64,000 bases of DNA from an uncultured Verrucomicrobiae bacterium (GCA_963735805.1 CAVTMK010000002.1:320001-384000); one strand, 5' to 3'; shown: positions 20,506 to 31,270, counted from the stretch's first letter. The notes: generated by a model from the sequence alone, not told the origin. Made by a program: numbers and translations.

Positions 20506-22227
20506 TCACTTGGCGATTGGGACGCGGATGCGGGGACGGCCGAGCAGGCCTGGGGTTGGAATAGGCCTCGGTGTCGGAGTAGTTGTTGGTGACGGCATCG
20601 GTGTTGCCGTGGGCGTTGAAGTAGAAGTAGGTGTAGCTGTGGCGCTGGGTGTCGCTGTGGGTGTTGGTGTCGCCGTCGGCGTTACGCAAGGGGTTAGCAC
20701 GTATGTGCGCGACACGTTCTGTGGAGGGGAATCAGGCGGACAAATGCAGAAGTCTTCGGTGTAAAATCCCAGGTTGCCGTTTCCCTGGACGCCCGACACC
20801 CACTGACGTTCCGCGAAGATGGGTGGCGTCAGCGTGCTCATGATCACGTCGAAGCGCTGGTTTGGATCGTTCTCATACAGACGGACTTCAAAATTCTGCG
20901 GCGCCGTTTGATCGTTAAACAGCACTGTGCGCCATTCCACGTTGAAGACGCGATTCGGGGCGCTGCCTGTCACGGAAGTAAAGACGCCGCATGCGCCCCC
21001 TGGGAAACTCGCGCAACCGGGCGCGCCTGCAGAGGTAAGTTGGTCCTGCCATAAGGCGAAGATGGTATTGTCATACGGCAGACCGGTGAAATAATTGGGC
21101 GGCGATGGCAGACACGCTGTGATAAAGCCGCCGGGTTCGTTTGCGTTAACAAAGTCCAGACGACCATTGGAGCTGACGTTCATCCCGGTATAGGTCGTGC
21201 CGTACAACTGGAAGTTAAAAGGCAATTGGATAAACGTGTCGCATTCGTCGCAATCGCTGCCGATGTTTGTGTTACCGGGCACGAGCCGGTCTGTTCCCTG
21301 AGTTATAACGTACTGGTTAGGGCATCCCTGCGCCGTGTAGTCCCCGGAGAAGGCGTCCCCAGGGTTTCCAGATTGATTCGTGATCGCGCGTCTGGCAATG
21401 CTCGTGGTAAAGTTACCTGCGGATCCGCCATTCGTTTGTTCAACCGCGCGCACAAACATGGCCCGGTAGAGCGGGAACACATTTTGTATGGGAGCCCACA
21501 AATTATCGATGTTGCTAAACCAGTAGCCGTTACCGGAGCCGGGCCCATTTTCATCGGACGACATGTACACCTCGGCCAGGCTGTCCGACGACCAGCGCGC
21601 GCCGATGTACACGCTCCCGTCATTGACGAGGATGTTCAGCGAAGAGATATCAAAGCTGTTCCACTCAGGCGTTTGATCGGGGAAGATCGGGATATTCGTG
21701 ACCGTAACCGGGATAGCCCCCAGCTGAGTGCCCGGGCTCCCACCTGGCCCGTCGTCGTCAAAGACAACTATCTCGATGGGGTACGACATCGGACCTGCAC
21801 ACAGCCTGTTAAACGCAACGCACACCGACGTATAAGTGCTTGGATAGGTGGTTGGCGTAAACTTGTCCGCATAGATTGCCGTTATTCCCGGCCCGCCGCC
21901 GTACCCGTTCTCGACCGTACCATCATCATGGATCACAATACCGGGCGCGTTATCGCAGTCGATGCCGCTGGGAACCTGTTTGATCGACAGAGCAGGACGG
22001 GGTTCCGGTTGTTTTGACGCCTGATGGCGGTTCTTAACACTATCTGCGACTGTATAAACCGGTGGGCTTATTGGTTGTAGCTGCTCCCGCGAGGAACTCA
22101 GAAAAGTTACAGTTCCCGCGTCATGCCCTCGTTGTCCGTGTGTGGATGGGATCACCCAGAGAACGAGCGCCAACCACAGAAGCACCAGAATACTTCGAAC
22201 AACGGAGGCTCTAACAGGGCTGTTCAT
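20506..22227 (-). CDS. Exported modular protein (DDG-type module plus SSNG/NIDO-like module), PT linker; tail frameshifted near 20553
   Basis: Signal 'MNSPVRASVVRSILVLLWLALVLW'. Module 'LPFNFQLYG..VSSNGRL...[12 protein letters not shown]' is shared with 54227 and 58181. Adding one C restores '[13 protein letters not shown]'. Confidence 0.75.
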   Translation of the reverse strand: MNSPVRASVVRSILVLLWLALVLWVIPSTHGQRGHDAGTVTFLSSSREQLQPISPPVYTVADSVKNRHQASKQPEPRPALSIKQVPSGIDCDNAPGIVIHDDGTVENGYGGGPGITAIYADKFTPTTYPSTYTSVCVAFNRLCAGPMSYPIEIVVFDDDGPGGSPGTQLGAIPVTVTNIPIFPDQTPEWNSFDISSLNILVNDGSVYIGARWSSDSLAEVYMSSDENGPGSGNGYWFSNIDNLWAPIQNVFPLYRAMFVRAVEQTNGGSAGNFTTSIARRAITNQSGNPGDAFSGDYTAQGCPNQYVITQGTDRLVPGNTNIGSDCDECDTFIQLPFNFQLYGTTYTGMNVSSNGRLDFVNANEPGGFITACLPSPPNYFTGLPYDNTIFALWQDQLTSAGAPGCASFPGGACGVFTSVTGSAPNRVFNVEWRTVLFNDQTAPQNFEVRLYENDPNQRFDVIMSTLTPPIFAERQWVSGVQGNGNLGFYTEDFCICPPDSPPQNVSRTYVLTPCVTPTATPTPTATPSATATPTSTSTPTATPMPSPTTTPTPRPIPTPGLLGRPRIRVPIAK

Positions 22228-22656
22228 TTGTTTTTCCCGATAAGCTTGCTCTCGTGCGTACTCAACCTTGTTGTGGCTGATTCTATTCACCTACGTACTG
22301 AATGAAATTCGGCAAGAGGTTATTCAAAATTTGGATTTTTTCTTTAAGAAAACTGCTCATACCTCGTCACCGGCCCACCACGGGTAAGCGATGAGGCGGG
22401 TCGCTGATCACGGCAAATATGTGATGGTGTGTTGCGCTGCCGTGCCGGGGTCAGCGACCCCGGCTACAGTGGCGGGCTAACCTGCGCCTGCGATTTTCAG
22501 CACTTGTAGGGCGTCTGTGTCAGACGCCGGGACTCTCGCCAACGCGTTGAGGACAACGCGTTCCACCCCGGCAAGCCAGTGCGTTAGAAAGTCGCCGCGT
22601 CGACGTTCCCACCTTGCCAAGCTCAGTGAGAGTTACAACGAATCGCTATCCTATCA

Positions 22657-24804
22657 CTATGGCCGAATGGGGCGCGGATGCGGGGACGGCCGAGCAGGTC
22701 TGGGTGTTGGAATAGGTCGCGGGGTCGGGGTAGGAGTAGCTGTTGGTGGTGGAGTCGGTGTTATCGTCGGAGTTGCAGTCGGCGTGATGGAAGGTGTAGG
22801 CGATGGGGTTTGTGTCGGTGTCGGTGTTAATGTCGGAGTTGCAGTGGCACTTGGAGTAGCACTCGGTGTCGCCGTTGGGGTCGCGTCCGACTGGGCAGGA
22901 GCAAGGATTTGAACCGAAACCGGAGAGCCCGTTTTAAAGAACTGGATGTTCGCAGTGCTAGCCTCCGGCGGCGCGGTGGAATCAAATCGGAAATTGTACA
23001 ATGTGCCGAAGCGAATCGCGTTGGCATTCTGGTTTTGCGCAAATGTCTCGCAGTTCCAGGTGGCAGACGTGAAACTGTTAGTGAAGGTCCAGGGCTCGCT
23101 GCTATATCCAGCGTCTCCCTGCGTTCCATCATGCGCGAATCCAGGGTGCTGAGGCGGCGCGTGGAACCCAACGTTGTCCAACACTATCGGCGGGAAAAAG
23201 GGGTAAACGACTTCGAATGACTGAATGGCGCGGTCCAGGTTCTGGTTATAGACGGCATATTCATAATGCCACACCCCGGCGTCTGGCCCTGTCACCTTGT
23301 AACCAACGAAGAAGATACCATCATTGCCCGGATCGGGCTCGACTTGGGTCACCGTTGCGTCAGTCCACGCCTCAATGGCCGGTTGCTCTCGCACAGTGTT
23401 CCCGACGAAATTGAAGGAGAACGGCTGGTTGACTCCAATTACGTTGACCTGGCGGTACGAAGCGTTGTTATACATGTTGCACTGATCCGGATGAGTCTGG
23501 CACCAGGTGCCTTCGTCCGGCACTATGTATTCCGCTTCAGCAAAATAGGTCGCCCCCGGGTTCATCGTTGTGCTCAAGTCCTTAACGTCAACCAGGATCC
23601 GATGAGAGGTTACGTCGTGGTTATGGCCGGTGTGATCGTTCGGGTCTGGGTTCTCCGCGAAGAAGCCGGTGAACGGATTCACCCAGGCCCGGGAACCGAT
23701 CAGGTCCTGGATACCGTTCAAACCAGCGCCGTATGCGTCAGAGCAACCGGAGCCAAGATGATCGCCACCTACTCCGTTGCAGCCGAAGTTGCATGTGTTT
23801 GCCGATGCCGCCGCAAACGCATGCTTACCCCAGGACTGTCCGATTTGTTCGAAGCGCTCGGTGTTATCTTCCCGGCCACTCATTCGATAAAGATTCTGAG
23901 GGATAAAAGGGTGATTGTTATCCGGTAAGGCAACCCAACCCACGTTCTCAGTCCCTTTATTACAGGCATCAGTGCCCAACGCGAGGCCGACGCGGCCGTC
24001 GACAGAACCATTCTCCATTTGCACGAAGTCAATCAGGTCGCCCACGATCACATCCGGGCCGGGAACTGTCCCAACGCTAGGTTGGTGCAGCGCTGGGAGT
24101 GTTTCGGATTTTATATCGCCGTTCTGATCGAGACGTGTGATCTCGATCGGTTGCATGGTTGCGCCGACGGAGATTTTTCCAACGATTGCACCGGCATCCG
24201 ATGGTCTGCCAAGCGCGTCGGCGAACTGTTTTGAAATGAGAAGTCTGCCACCCGTAATGCTGAGCGATTGTGCTTTGGAATCGTAATTGTACTGGTGCCC
24301 TTCGACATTAAAAAAGGTGAACCCCGTATTGCCGTCGCGAACCACCAGATCGAAACCCTGGCCTGAAGGAAGCTTGTCGAGCACCAGCTGCCCGAGAGAT
24401 GCGCCTAACGATTCGGGCAAATCGTAGTCGGACGTGTCAACCCCGGCGGGGATCAAGGTCATTGATCCCGGCTCGGCGCCTCGCAACAGATTGTTAAACA
24501 CCAGGACAGAAAGGAAGGAATTGGCCGCCGCAGCAAATTGCAGGGTGATTGGTCTTGCCACCAGAGAGCTATCTCCATTGAACCCGTTGAGATCGAGATT
24601 CATGGTAACGCTTCCATTCTCCACGATCATTTTTTGAAGAGTGCCGGTCGTGGGGGTTGTAGCCATGGCAGAGCCTGCTCGCTGCGGCGAGTGCGCCGTG
24701 CGGGTTGAGGGTCGCGCTAAAACGTCCCGCAGGGGCGTGGTTACAGTGATTGCCACAAGCGCGGCTAAGGGAAGCGTGAGAACGATCAGTCTTTTCTTTA
24801 ACAT
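22657..24804 (-). CDS. Exported family-A protein 2, PT linker plus tail
   Basis: 'GPDVIVGD...FEQIGQSWGKH...GCSDAY...[16 protein letters not shown]'. Ends '[14 protein letters not shown]'. Confidence 0.85.
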   Translation of the reverse strand: MLKKRLIVLTLPLAALVAITVTTPLRDVLARPSTRTAHSPQRAGSAMATTPTTGTLQKMIVENGSVTMNLDLNGFNGDSSLVARPITLQFAAAANSFLSVLVFNNLLRGAEPGSMTLIPAGVDTSDYDLPESLGASLGQLVLDKLPSGQGFDLVVRDGNTGFTFFNVEGHQYNYDSKAQSLSITGGRLLISKQFADALGRPSDAGAIVGKISVGATMQPIEITRLDQNGDIKSETLPALHQPSVGTVPGPDVIVGDLIDFVQMENGSVDGRVGLALGTDACNKGTENVGWVALPDNNHPFIPQNLYRMSGREDNTERFEQIGQSWGKHAFAAASANTCNFGCNGVGGDHLGSGCSDAYGAGLNGIQDLIGSRAWVNPFTGFFAENPDPNDHTGHNHDVTSHRILVDVKDLSTTMNPGATYFAEAEYIVPDEGTWCQTHPDQCNMYNNASYRQVNVIGVNQPFSFNFVGNTVREQPAIEAWTDATVTQVEPDPGNDGIFFVGYKVTGPDAGVWHYEYAVYNQNLDRAIQSFEVVYPFFPPIVLDNVGFHAPPQHPGFAHDGTQGDAGYSSEPWTFTNSFTSATWNCETFAQNQNANAIRFGTLYNFRFDSTAPPEASTANIQFFKTGSPVSVQILAPAQSDATPTATPSATPSATATPTLTPTPTQTPSPTPSITPTATPTITPTPPPTATPTPTPRPIPTPRPARPSPHPRPIRP

Positions 24805-24940
24805 GGCTTATTCTCCAGGGTTACTTCGCCCGCCTTCGTCAAACCAACGGCGTAGCAGGCCGTTTGATCAAGGTCACGACGGGAGTTCTCCCTTTTCTCA
24901 TGACAGCCCGGCGCAAGCCAAGCAAAAAATTTCGGAATTT

Positions 24941-25045
24941 TGTAGCCACGGCTGCAGCGCCTCGACATCCGCGACGGCGGGCAAGCGATGAGGCGGCTAT
25001 AAAGCCATGCGGATTGTTGTAGCCACGGCGCTGCGCCGCCGTGTT
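24941..25045. repeat. REP (GTAG-type) cluster left of the RAYT
   Basis: TGTAGCCACGGC..., CCTCGAC...GAGGCGGCTA, TGTAGCCACGGCGCTGCGCCGCCGTG. Confidence 0.8.
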
Positions 25046-25059
25046 TTGGGAGCCTTCAG

Positions 25060-25545
25060 CTAGTCGAAAGGAATTCGAAGGATTTCTCCCTGGTATGGCC
25101 AGGCGTCCGGTGTATCGGACAATTTTGCTCGTACGGGGTTCATACGTACGTACTCCCATTTCACCGAGTAACTTTCCTGACTGCGTAACAGATGATCGAA
25201 AAAGCCTTCCTGCCAGTGTGGCTTGTGAATGCCAAGTTCAAGCAATTTCTTGCCGATGACGTTGCGCAGCGATTGAACCCACATGGGCATAGTGATTCCA
25301 TGTCCCGGAAAGGCAGCAAAGAGATGAACGTGGTCGGGCATGATGACATAGCGATCAACAGCGACATCATACTGCTGGGCATTGATAGAAAAGGCGCAAA
25401 AGGTCTCATGGATTTCGTCACGTGCCAGCAGACGCCGATGTTCATACGTATTGAAGGTGACGAAGTAGAACGGACGGACATTGGCAAATAAGCGGCCGAG
25501 CCTGGGAGGGCGTCGGGGCCATCGCTTCCTATATGCGCGTGGCAT
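25060..25545 (-). mobile_element. REP-associated tyrosine transposase (RAYT, Y1_Tnp HUH family)
   Basis: 'FYFVTFNT', HUH 'YVIMPDHVHL', 'WQEGFFDHLLR', 'EYVRMNPVRA..', 'WPY'. Flanked on both sides by GTAG-tagged palindromes. Confidence 0.88.
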
Positions 25546-25649
25546 GGTTGGTTTTTTATCAATTGCGGCGCATGAAATCAATCGATTCGGCCACGGTATA
25601 ACTTAGCCACCACAGCCAAAGCTGCCGAAGTCGCGGAGCAAAACCGCTT

Positions 25650-25950
25650 CGGCGCCTCGACACAGCGAGGCGGCTACAAGGACACGCGGGTGATTGTAGC
25701 CACGGCGCTGCGCCGCCGTGTTTGGGGGAGAAGCCACAGCCTGGAACGCCTCGACACAGCGAGGCGGCTACAAAAGACACGCGGGTTGTTGTAGCCACGG
25801 CGCTGCGTCGCCGTGTTTTGGAAGAAGCCACACGCCTAGAACGCCTCGGCACAGCGAGGCGGCTACAGCGGACCGCTTCGACGCCCGCGACGGCAAACCT
25901 ATGACGATGATCGTAAACCCCAGCCGGGGTCAGCGCCCCCGGCTACAGCT
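25650..25950. repeat. REP/BIME-like array right of the RAYT
   Basis: Alternating CCTCGACACAGCGAGGCGGCTACA (x3) and TGTAGCCACGGCGCTGCGYCGCCGTG (x2), then a GCCGGGG...CCCCGGCTACA palindrome. Confidence 0.85.
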
Positions 25951-25976
25951 AACGATAATCCGTTATTTCCCCATCC

Positions 25977-28245
25977 TCACGGCCGCGGATGCGGAGTTGG
26001 GCGAATACGCGGTGACCGAGCCGGTCGCGGCGTGGGAGTAGGTCGCGGGGTGGGAGTTGGAGTGACTCGTTGGGGTCGGCGTGACTACAGGTGTTGCTGT
26101 CGGTGTGCTCGTCGGCGTTGGCGTAGGCGTTGGCGTAGGATTCGGAGTTGAAGTAGGAGTCGGAGTCGGAGTTGAAATTGGCGTGGCTGTAGGCGTCGCA
26201 GTAGGTGTGCCTGTCGGTGTCGGCGTTGCCGTCGCGGTGGCCGTCGGTGTTGCCGTGGGAGTCGCTGTCGGTGTGGCCGTCGGGGTAGCTGTAGCTGTAG
26301 GTGTAGGTGTAGGTGACGGACTTGGAACGCCTCCCGGCGCCTGCACGACGACAGTAATCGGTGCCCCAGTCTTAAAGAAGCCTACCGTTCCATCCGTAGG
26401 GTTTGGCCCTTGATCGGCGTCGAATCGGAAATTATAAAGCGTGCCCCAGCGAATCGCATTGGCGTTCTGATTGGTCGCAAACGTTTCCGTGTTCCAAGTG
26501 ATGGAAGTTGCGTCCTGGAGTAACGTTCCAGGGTGTGCTGCTGAAACCCAGCATCTCCCGACCGTCCCATCATGTGCCCAACCCGGGATGCTGAGGCGGT
26601 GCGTGGAAATCGATGTTACTGATATTGACTCCCTGTCCCACCGGCACGCTAAAGGATTGAATAGCGCGATCCAGGTTCTGGTTAAAGAGCGCGTACTCAT
26701 AATGCCAGATGCCGCCGTTTGGTCCTGTGACCTTATAACCCATGAACCAAGATACCGTCGTTGCCGTGATCCGGCTCAATCTGATTTACCGTCGCGTCGG
26801 CCAGGCCGTAATTGCAGGTTGCTGTCGTGACGTTTGGCGCTGGGCGTAAAACGTGAAATGTGTTGGTACCACCGTAATCGAAAACGGGCGGTAGGAGAAA
26901 TTGTTAAACATGTTGCACTGGTCTGGATGCGACTGGCACCATGTAAATTCATGCGGGGCAATGTAAGCGGCTTCGCCAAAATACTGGACACCTGAGATCA
27001 GGTCGCTCGCAATTAACCAGGATCCGGTGCGCGACACCGTTGTGGTTGTTGTCCTGCTGTGATCGTTCGAGGTGGGTTGGTTGTTTTCATCAACCCCACC
27101 GGGAAAAATCCGGTGAAAGGATTGATCCAGGCGCGAGAGCCAATTGAACCGTTGGTCGCCGTTTAGACCTGAGCCATACGGATCGGAGCAACCCGGAGCA
27201 AGATGGTCGCGTCGAGCACCGCCGGTGCATACAAGTCCCGCAAACGTGTCTTCCAATGCAAAGAACGTATGTTTCACCCATGACTGGCCGATCTGTTCGA
27301 ACCGCTCGGTGCCATCCGTACCGCCACTCATCCGATAAAGATTCTGCGGAATGACGGATGATCGGTATTGTTTGGCAACGCGAACCAATCGACTCCCACG
27401 TCGCCATTGTTACACGAGTCAGTGCCTACGGCGAAATTAAACTGCGTTTCGACGTGTCCCATTTGGGCGACGTCTTCGACCTGTCCGACAATCACATCCG
27501 GACCATGCACCGGGCCAGGACGAGTCTGCACCAATCGCATGTTGCATAGCCGGCATGACCATCGATGTGGTTTGGCCATTAACCAGGCTGGTCGATCTCT
27601 GTCGGTTGCATCGCGCGCCGACGGAGATTGTTCCAACAACTGCACCGGCGTCCGACTCTCTGCCGAGCGCGTTGGCAAATTCTTTTGAAATGAGGAGCCT
27701 GCCATTGGCGATTGCAAGCGACTGCGCCGCGGGGTCGTAGTCGTAACTGTGCCCTTCGACGTTGAAAAACGTGAACCCGGTGTTGCTATCACGCACAACG
27801 AGATCGAACGCCTGGCCTGAAGGAAGTTTTTCGACAACCTGAGCTGTTTGAAAGAGGCGCTTAACGATGCAGGCAAACTGTAGCCGGGTGCGTTTGCCCC
27901 GGCAGGGACCAAAGCCATCGAGCCCGGTTCAAGACCGCGCAACAGATCGTTAAAAATCAGAATGGGAAAGAAGGAATTGGCGCCTACAGCGAATTGCAGA
28001 GTGATGGGTCTTGCCACCAGGGAGCTGTCTCCATTCAGCGCGCTAAGATCCAGATCCATCGAGACGGTCCCGTTTTCGACGATCATCTTTTGAAGTGTGC
28101 CGGTGGGCGCGGGTCCTGTAGCCACGGCGCTCTGTCGCCGTGATTCCGTGGACGACGATCCCAGAGCGCCTCGACCCAGCGAGGCGGCTACAACCAGAAC
28201 CGAAAGTACAGAAAGCGTGACGGCGATACATTTTTTCTTAGACAT
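25977..28245 (-). pseudogene. Exported family-A protein 3 with multiple frameshifts (sequence errors or pseudogene)
   Basis: Fragments in different frames cover the whole family-A sequence (MSKKK leader, [40 protein letters not shown]). An alternate frame ends '[13 protein letters not shown]' at 25977. Confidence 0.8.
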
Positions 28246-28395
28246 GATTAGTTCTCCGGGTTCTCCCCCGCCTTCGTCAAACCTACGGCCGGGAAGGCCG
28301 TTTGAGCGATGCGGCGAATAGAGCTGCTATTTGTCTCATGTCGCACCAGTGGAAGCAAAGCAAAAAATCTTAAAATTTTTTGGAGCGGCGCTGTT

Positions 28396-28680
28396 GCACA
28401 GCGAGGCGGCTACAAGGGACACGCGGATTATTGTAGCCACGGCGCTGTGTCGCCGTGTTGTCGAGAAAGCCACACCGGACGCCTCGACACCCGCCGCGGC
28501 GGGCAAGCGATGAGGCGGCTACAGGGGACACGCGGATTATTGTAGCCACGGCGCTGTGCCGCCGTGTCTGTGGGAGAAGCCACCCGCCCAGAACGCCTCG
28601 ACATAGCGAGGCGGTTACAACGTCAGGCAGCGACAAGAGATCGGCGTGACTTGTAGTCACGGCGCTGCGTCGCCGTGCTC
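28396..28680. repeat. REP/BIME-like array
   Basis: Three GAGGCGG(C/T)TACA and three GTAG(C/T)CACGGCGCTG units. The linker 'GGACACGCGGATTATT' is repeated. Confidence 0.82.
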
Positions 28681-28752
28681 CTCAGTGCAGTATGAGTCCA
28701 AGTACAACCGATCACCAACTGCGTGATCACATCTCACGCGGAACCGGTACCG

Positions 28753-30847
28753 CTACGGAGTCGGTCGCGGGTGCGGCGTGGGCCGCGGCCTTGGTGTAGT
28801 TCTTGGCGTCGCCGTTGGCGTAGCAGTAGGTGTGTACACTTGCAGTTGCGGTTGGCGTAGGTGTGGCCGTAGGTGTCGGAGTAGGCGAAGCTGTCGGAGT
28901 CGGTGTTGGTGTTGCCGTTGGTGTCGGTGTCGGTGTCGGTGTGCCACCGCCCTGGCTGGGTGCCTGGATTTCAACCGTCATCGGGTCGCCAGTCTTAAAG
29001 AAGCCTACTGTCGCATTGGCAGTCTGCGGCGGCTGATCAGAATCGAATCGGAAATTATACAACGTGCCCCATCGAATCGCGTTGGCATTCTGATTAGTGG
29101 CAAAGGTTTCCGTGCTCCAGGTGATGGAGCTAGCCTGCTGATCAACGTCCCATGGCGTGCTGCTAAACCCGGCATCTCCCTGGGTACCGTCATGCGGCCA
29201 ACCGGGATGCTGCGGCGGCGCGTGGAAATCGATGTTGCTTACGCTAGCTCCAGCTATCGGCACGCTGAAGGATTGAATAGCACGATCCAGGTTCATGTTA
29301 AAAAGCGCATACTCATAGTGCCAGACGCCGGCTGATGGATTGGTCACTTTGTAGCCCATGAACCAATGTCCATCGTTACCCGGGTCGGGCTCGAGCTCGC
29401 TCACTGTTGCGCCGGTAGCTGCCCAGGCCTGGATCGCAGGCTGCATTCGCACGGTGTTACCGGCCTGGTTAAATATGAAATTGGTAGGCCCGCCACTGAC
29501 CAGAAACTTCTTATAGGAATAATTGTTGAACATGTTGCACTGGTCCGGGTGCGCCTGGCACCAGGCGTACTCATGCGGCGTGATGTAGGCGGCTTCCCCA
29601 TAATAAGTAGCGCCCGAGTTCTGAGCTGGGACCAGGTCAGTCATGTTAGTCAGGATCCGGTGCGACACACCGTCATGGTTATGGCCGCTGTGATCGTTCG
29701 CATTCGATGGGAAAGATCCAGTGAAAGGATTGACCCACGCGCGCGAACCGATCTGATCTTGATCGCCATTCAAGGAGGACACATAGGGGTCGGAGCAGCC
29801 CGGACACAGGTGCGTGCCTGTTTGGCAACCAGAAGTGTCACAAGTGCCGCAGACGGTATCTTCCAATGCCTCGAACGTATGTTTCATCCATGATTGGCCG
29901 ATTTGTTCGAAGCGCTCGTCATTGGTCGCGCCTCCGCTCATACGATACAAATTCTGCGGAACGAGCGGGTGATCGGTCTGAGGCAAGGCGAACCAATCGA
30001 TTGGCTGGTCGCCATTGTTGCAGGAGTCAGTTCCTATTGCCAGACCAACCTGTGTTGCGTTGTTTCCCTGTTGGTCCACGTCTTCGATGTCTCCAACGAT
30101 CACATCGGGCCCTGGTACAAGGTTCGGCGTACCTGGTGTGATCGCATGTTGCAGGGGCGGCATCACCAGCGACTGAGGCTGGCCATTCGCAAACTGAGTG
30201 ATCTCCGTTGGCTGCATTACCGCGCCGACGGAGATTGCTCCAACGGCTGCGCCAGCGTCCGATGGACGGCCAAGCGCGTTGGCAAATTCTTTTGAAACGA
30301 CCAGTCTGCCATTCGTTATGGCGAGCGACTGCGCATTGGTGTCATATTCGTACTGCGACCCCTGGACATTAAAGAACGTGAATCCGGTGTTGCTGTCGCG
30401 CACGGCAAGATCGGACCCTTGACCCGAAGGAAGTTTTTCGACTACGAGCCGATTGAGAGATGCATTTAACGGTGCGGGAAAGGCCGCGCCATCCTGGGGG
30501 ATCAACGCCATCGATCCTGGCTCGATCGCGCGAAACATGTTGTTGAAGATCAGAATGGGAAAGAACGAGTTGGCCGCTACAGCGAAATGCACTTGCGGGA
30601 GATTTTGTCCCGCAGTCGCGGGATGGGAGCTGATTCCGTTCAACTGATTAAGATCGAGACTTAGCGTGACGGTTCCGTTCTCCACAATCATCTTTTGAAG
30701 TGTACCGGTCGCAGGGGTTGTAGCCACGGCGCTCTGCCGCCGTGCCGCCGTGAGCGACGACCCTAGAGCGCCTCGACACAGCGAGGCGGCTACAACAACG
30801 AACACGAGTACAGAGAGTGTGAGAGTGATTAGAATTTTCTTTTGCAT
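28753..30847 (-). CDS. Exported family-A protein 4; one frameshift near 28835 in the PT linker
   Basis: Intact core. The alternate frame ends '[18 protein letters not shown]'. Confidence 0.82.
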
Positions 30848-31015
30848 TGTTTTTGTCCTCCGATTCCTCTTTGCGCCGGTTGTCCGGCCCGGCGAGTAAA
30901 GTTGTAACTTCTCTCACGGCAGGCGAACGCACGCCACGAAAAAATTATGGAAATTTCCGTGTGTGTAAGGCCGCGCCCTACACGTCACGAATTGGACAAG
31001 CGAGCGTCGCTCAAC

Positions 31016-31218
31016 GGTGGATCGACTTCTCCTGAAAATGCCAGTCCGGTCGAAGACTCGCCGTGGAGAGCTCGGACCGATGGCAAAGGGGTTCGCCGTA
31101 GGCGGCATAACATATTTTAGGCGGCAAGCCGCAAAGATTCCTAACCAACGCGTTGAGGACAACGCGTTCCACCTGGCAAGCCAGCGCGCTGAGGAGTCGC
31201 CGCGGCGACCGTTCCACC
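31016..31218. repeat. About 140-200 bp GGTGGA...TCCACC-bounded repeat (GTGG-type REP/MITE-like); copies at 32447-32586 (reverse), 57495-57737, 62071-62230; partial at 20353-20464 and 22538-22567
   Basis: Shared core 'AAAATGCCAGTCCGGTCGAAGACTCGCCGTGGAGAGCTCGGA' and end 'GTTGAGGAGTCGCCGCGGCGACCGTTCCACC'. Confidence 0.8.
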
Positions 31219-31270
31219 CGAATCTCGAACCACGATTCACGACTAATGAATTTCGAATCACCGAGAACCT

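Noticed and set aside
25650..25870. Possible CRISPR array (also 28396-28680)
   Set aside because: The units alternate in orientation and the linkers repeat rather than being unique. No cas genes are present, and the adjacent RAYT explains them as REP/BIME.
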